A DNA stretch of 64,000 bases from Flaccisagitta enflata. Taxonomy: Eukaryota. The number at the start of each line of letters is the position of its first letter. Position 1 is the first letter of the stretch. The position numbers and the translations under genes were made by a program. Positions 62,985 through 64,000 of the stretch are shown here, piece after piece. The stretch is from positions 10,974,001-11,038,000 of the forward strand of contig OZ231126.1 of the NCBI GenBank assembly GCA_965153355.1, read 5' to 3'. Under the pieces are notes generated by a model. It was not told where the DNA came from. It ran no database searches and worked only from the letters and a program-made list of their open reading frames with translations.

Positions 62985-63395
62985 TAATTTGAGGCCTGAG
63001 GAAGCTGTTTTGAGGCCTGAGCGAGACAATTTTAGGCCTAAGAAAGCTGAATTGAGGTTCAGAATGTATGAGAAGGGTGATTATGAGGCCCGTTATACTA
63101 AATTTAAGCTTGAGTGAGCTTATTCTGGGTCTAAGAGGGCTAAAATTATATTTGAGAGGTTTAATTTGAGGCCTATGAGGGTAGACTTGAGGTCTCAGAG
63201 GGCTGATTTGAGGCGTGAGAGGGCTGATTTGAGGCCTGAGAGAGCTAATTAGAGGCCTGAGAAGGTTTATTTTAGGCCCCAGAAAGCTGATATGAGGCTT
63301 GAGAAGGCTTATTTTAGGCCTCAGAGGACTAAAAGGGCCTTTGAAGCTAAATTGCAGTCTGAGAGAGCTGAGAGGGCAGATTTTGAGCCTTGAAA
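62985..63395. repeat. Degenerate ~21-bp repeat (GGGCTGATTTGAGGCCTGAGA type); similar arrays at ~24970, 59455-59900, 60145-60300
   Basis: Direct observation; lies next to HINE-like ends. Confidence 0.75.
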
Positions 63396-64000
63396 GGGTT
63401 GATGGGGGGAGGCTGATGCACAAACAAGCGAATGACCAAACAAACAAATGCCCAAAACGCAAAGAATTTCTGCTCATGAAAAGCTGGCAATATTCTTGAC
63501 TTTTTTCTGCACGGCAATAACCACCATTGCATTACTGGTATATGTACAGCGGAGATTGAGATGATGTTGAACTGCTGAAGTCCTTCCCTTAACAACATGG
63601 ACTAAAAGACTTGATACGCGGCTGCCCAAGTAACGTACAGGTGGGCAGGGACAGGATAGGATAGGATAGGATAAGCAAGTATTTGGGTGGGAGCAGTGAT
63701 GCAAAAACCGTTAGTAATCGCGAACACCGTGTTCCCTAGCTGTGGTAGGTAAGAACAAGGCCGGATACACGGCCACCAGTTGCGGACGGGTGGGCAGGGG
63801 CGGAAATGTGCGTTTTTCCTCTTTTTGACTCGTGCTGACGGACGGGGGGACGGACGGACGGACGGACGGACGGACGGACGGACGGACGGACGGATGGACG
63901 GACGGACGGACGGACGGACGGACGGACGGACGGACGGACGGACAAAGCCTCTTATAGAGTTGCGTGTCCGCAACTAAAAAATAACTCAGCATAGCGACTT

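Overview
Repeat-rich, AT-rich animal (invertebrate) genomic DNA, not prokaryotic. Most ORF-track entries are microsatellite or repeat artefacts. Reading splice sites by eye on the minus strand gives two tandem paralogous opsin genes with identical exon/intron phases. Opsin B is complete: 10 coding exons, 39272->32657, 372 aa, with the retinal-binding Lys. Opsin A has exons 1-6 at 29550->648 and runs off the left edge. Motifs point to xenopsins, which would suggest a spiralian/gnathiferan host (inference). The 20.8-kb intron 4 of opsin A holds an antisense SRCR-domain exon and nested transposons. There are two LTR elements with no recognisable gag/pol; one has apparently identical LTRs and a Pro-rich FLYWCH zinc-finger ORF. 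There are also many Helentron/DINE-like (HINE) repeats, hAT/Tc1/CACTA/MULE-type non-autonomous elements and a CR1-type LINE 3' end. The most striking unexplained structure is that four opsin exon-intron junctions have each been copied into tandem arrays extending into the adjacent intron, creating rows of decoy splice sites. All comparisons were made by eye; no database searches were run.
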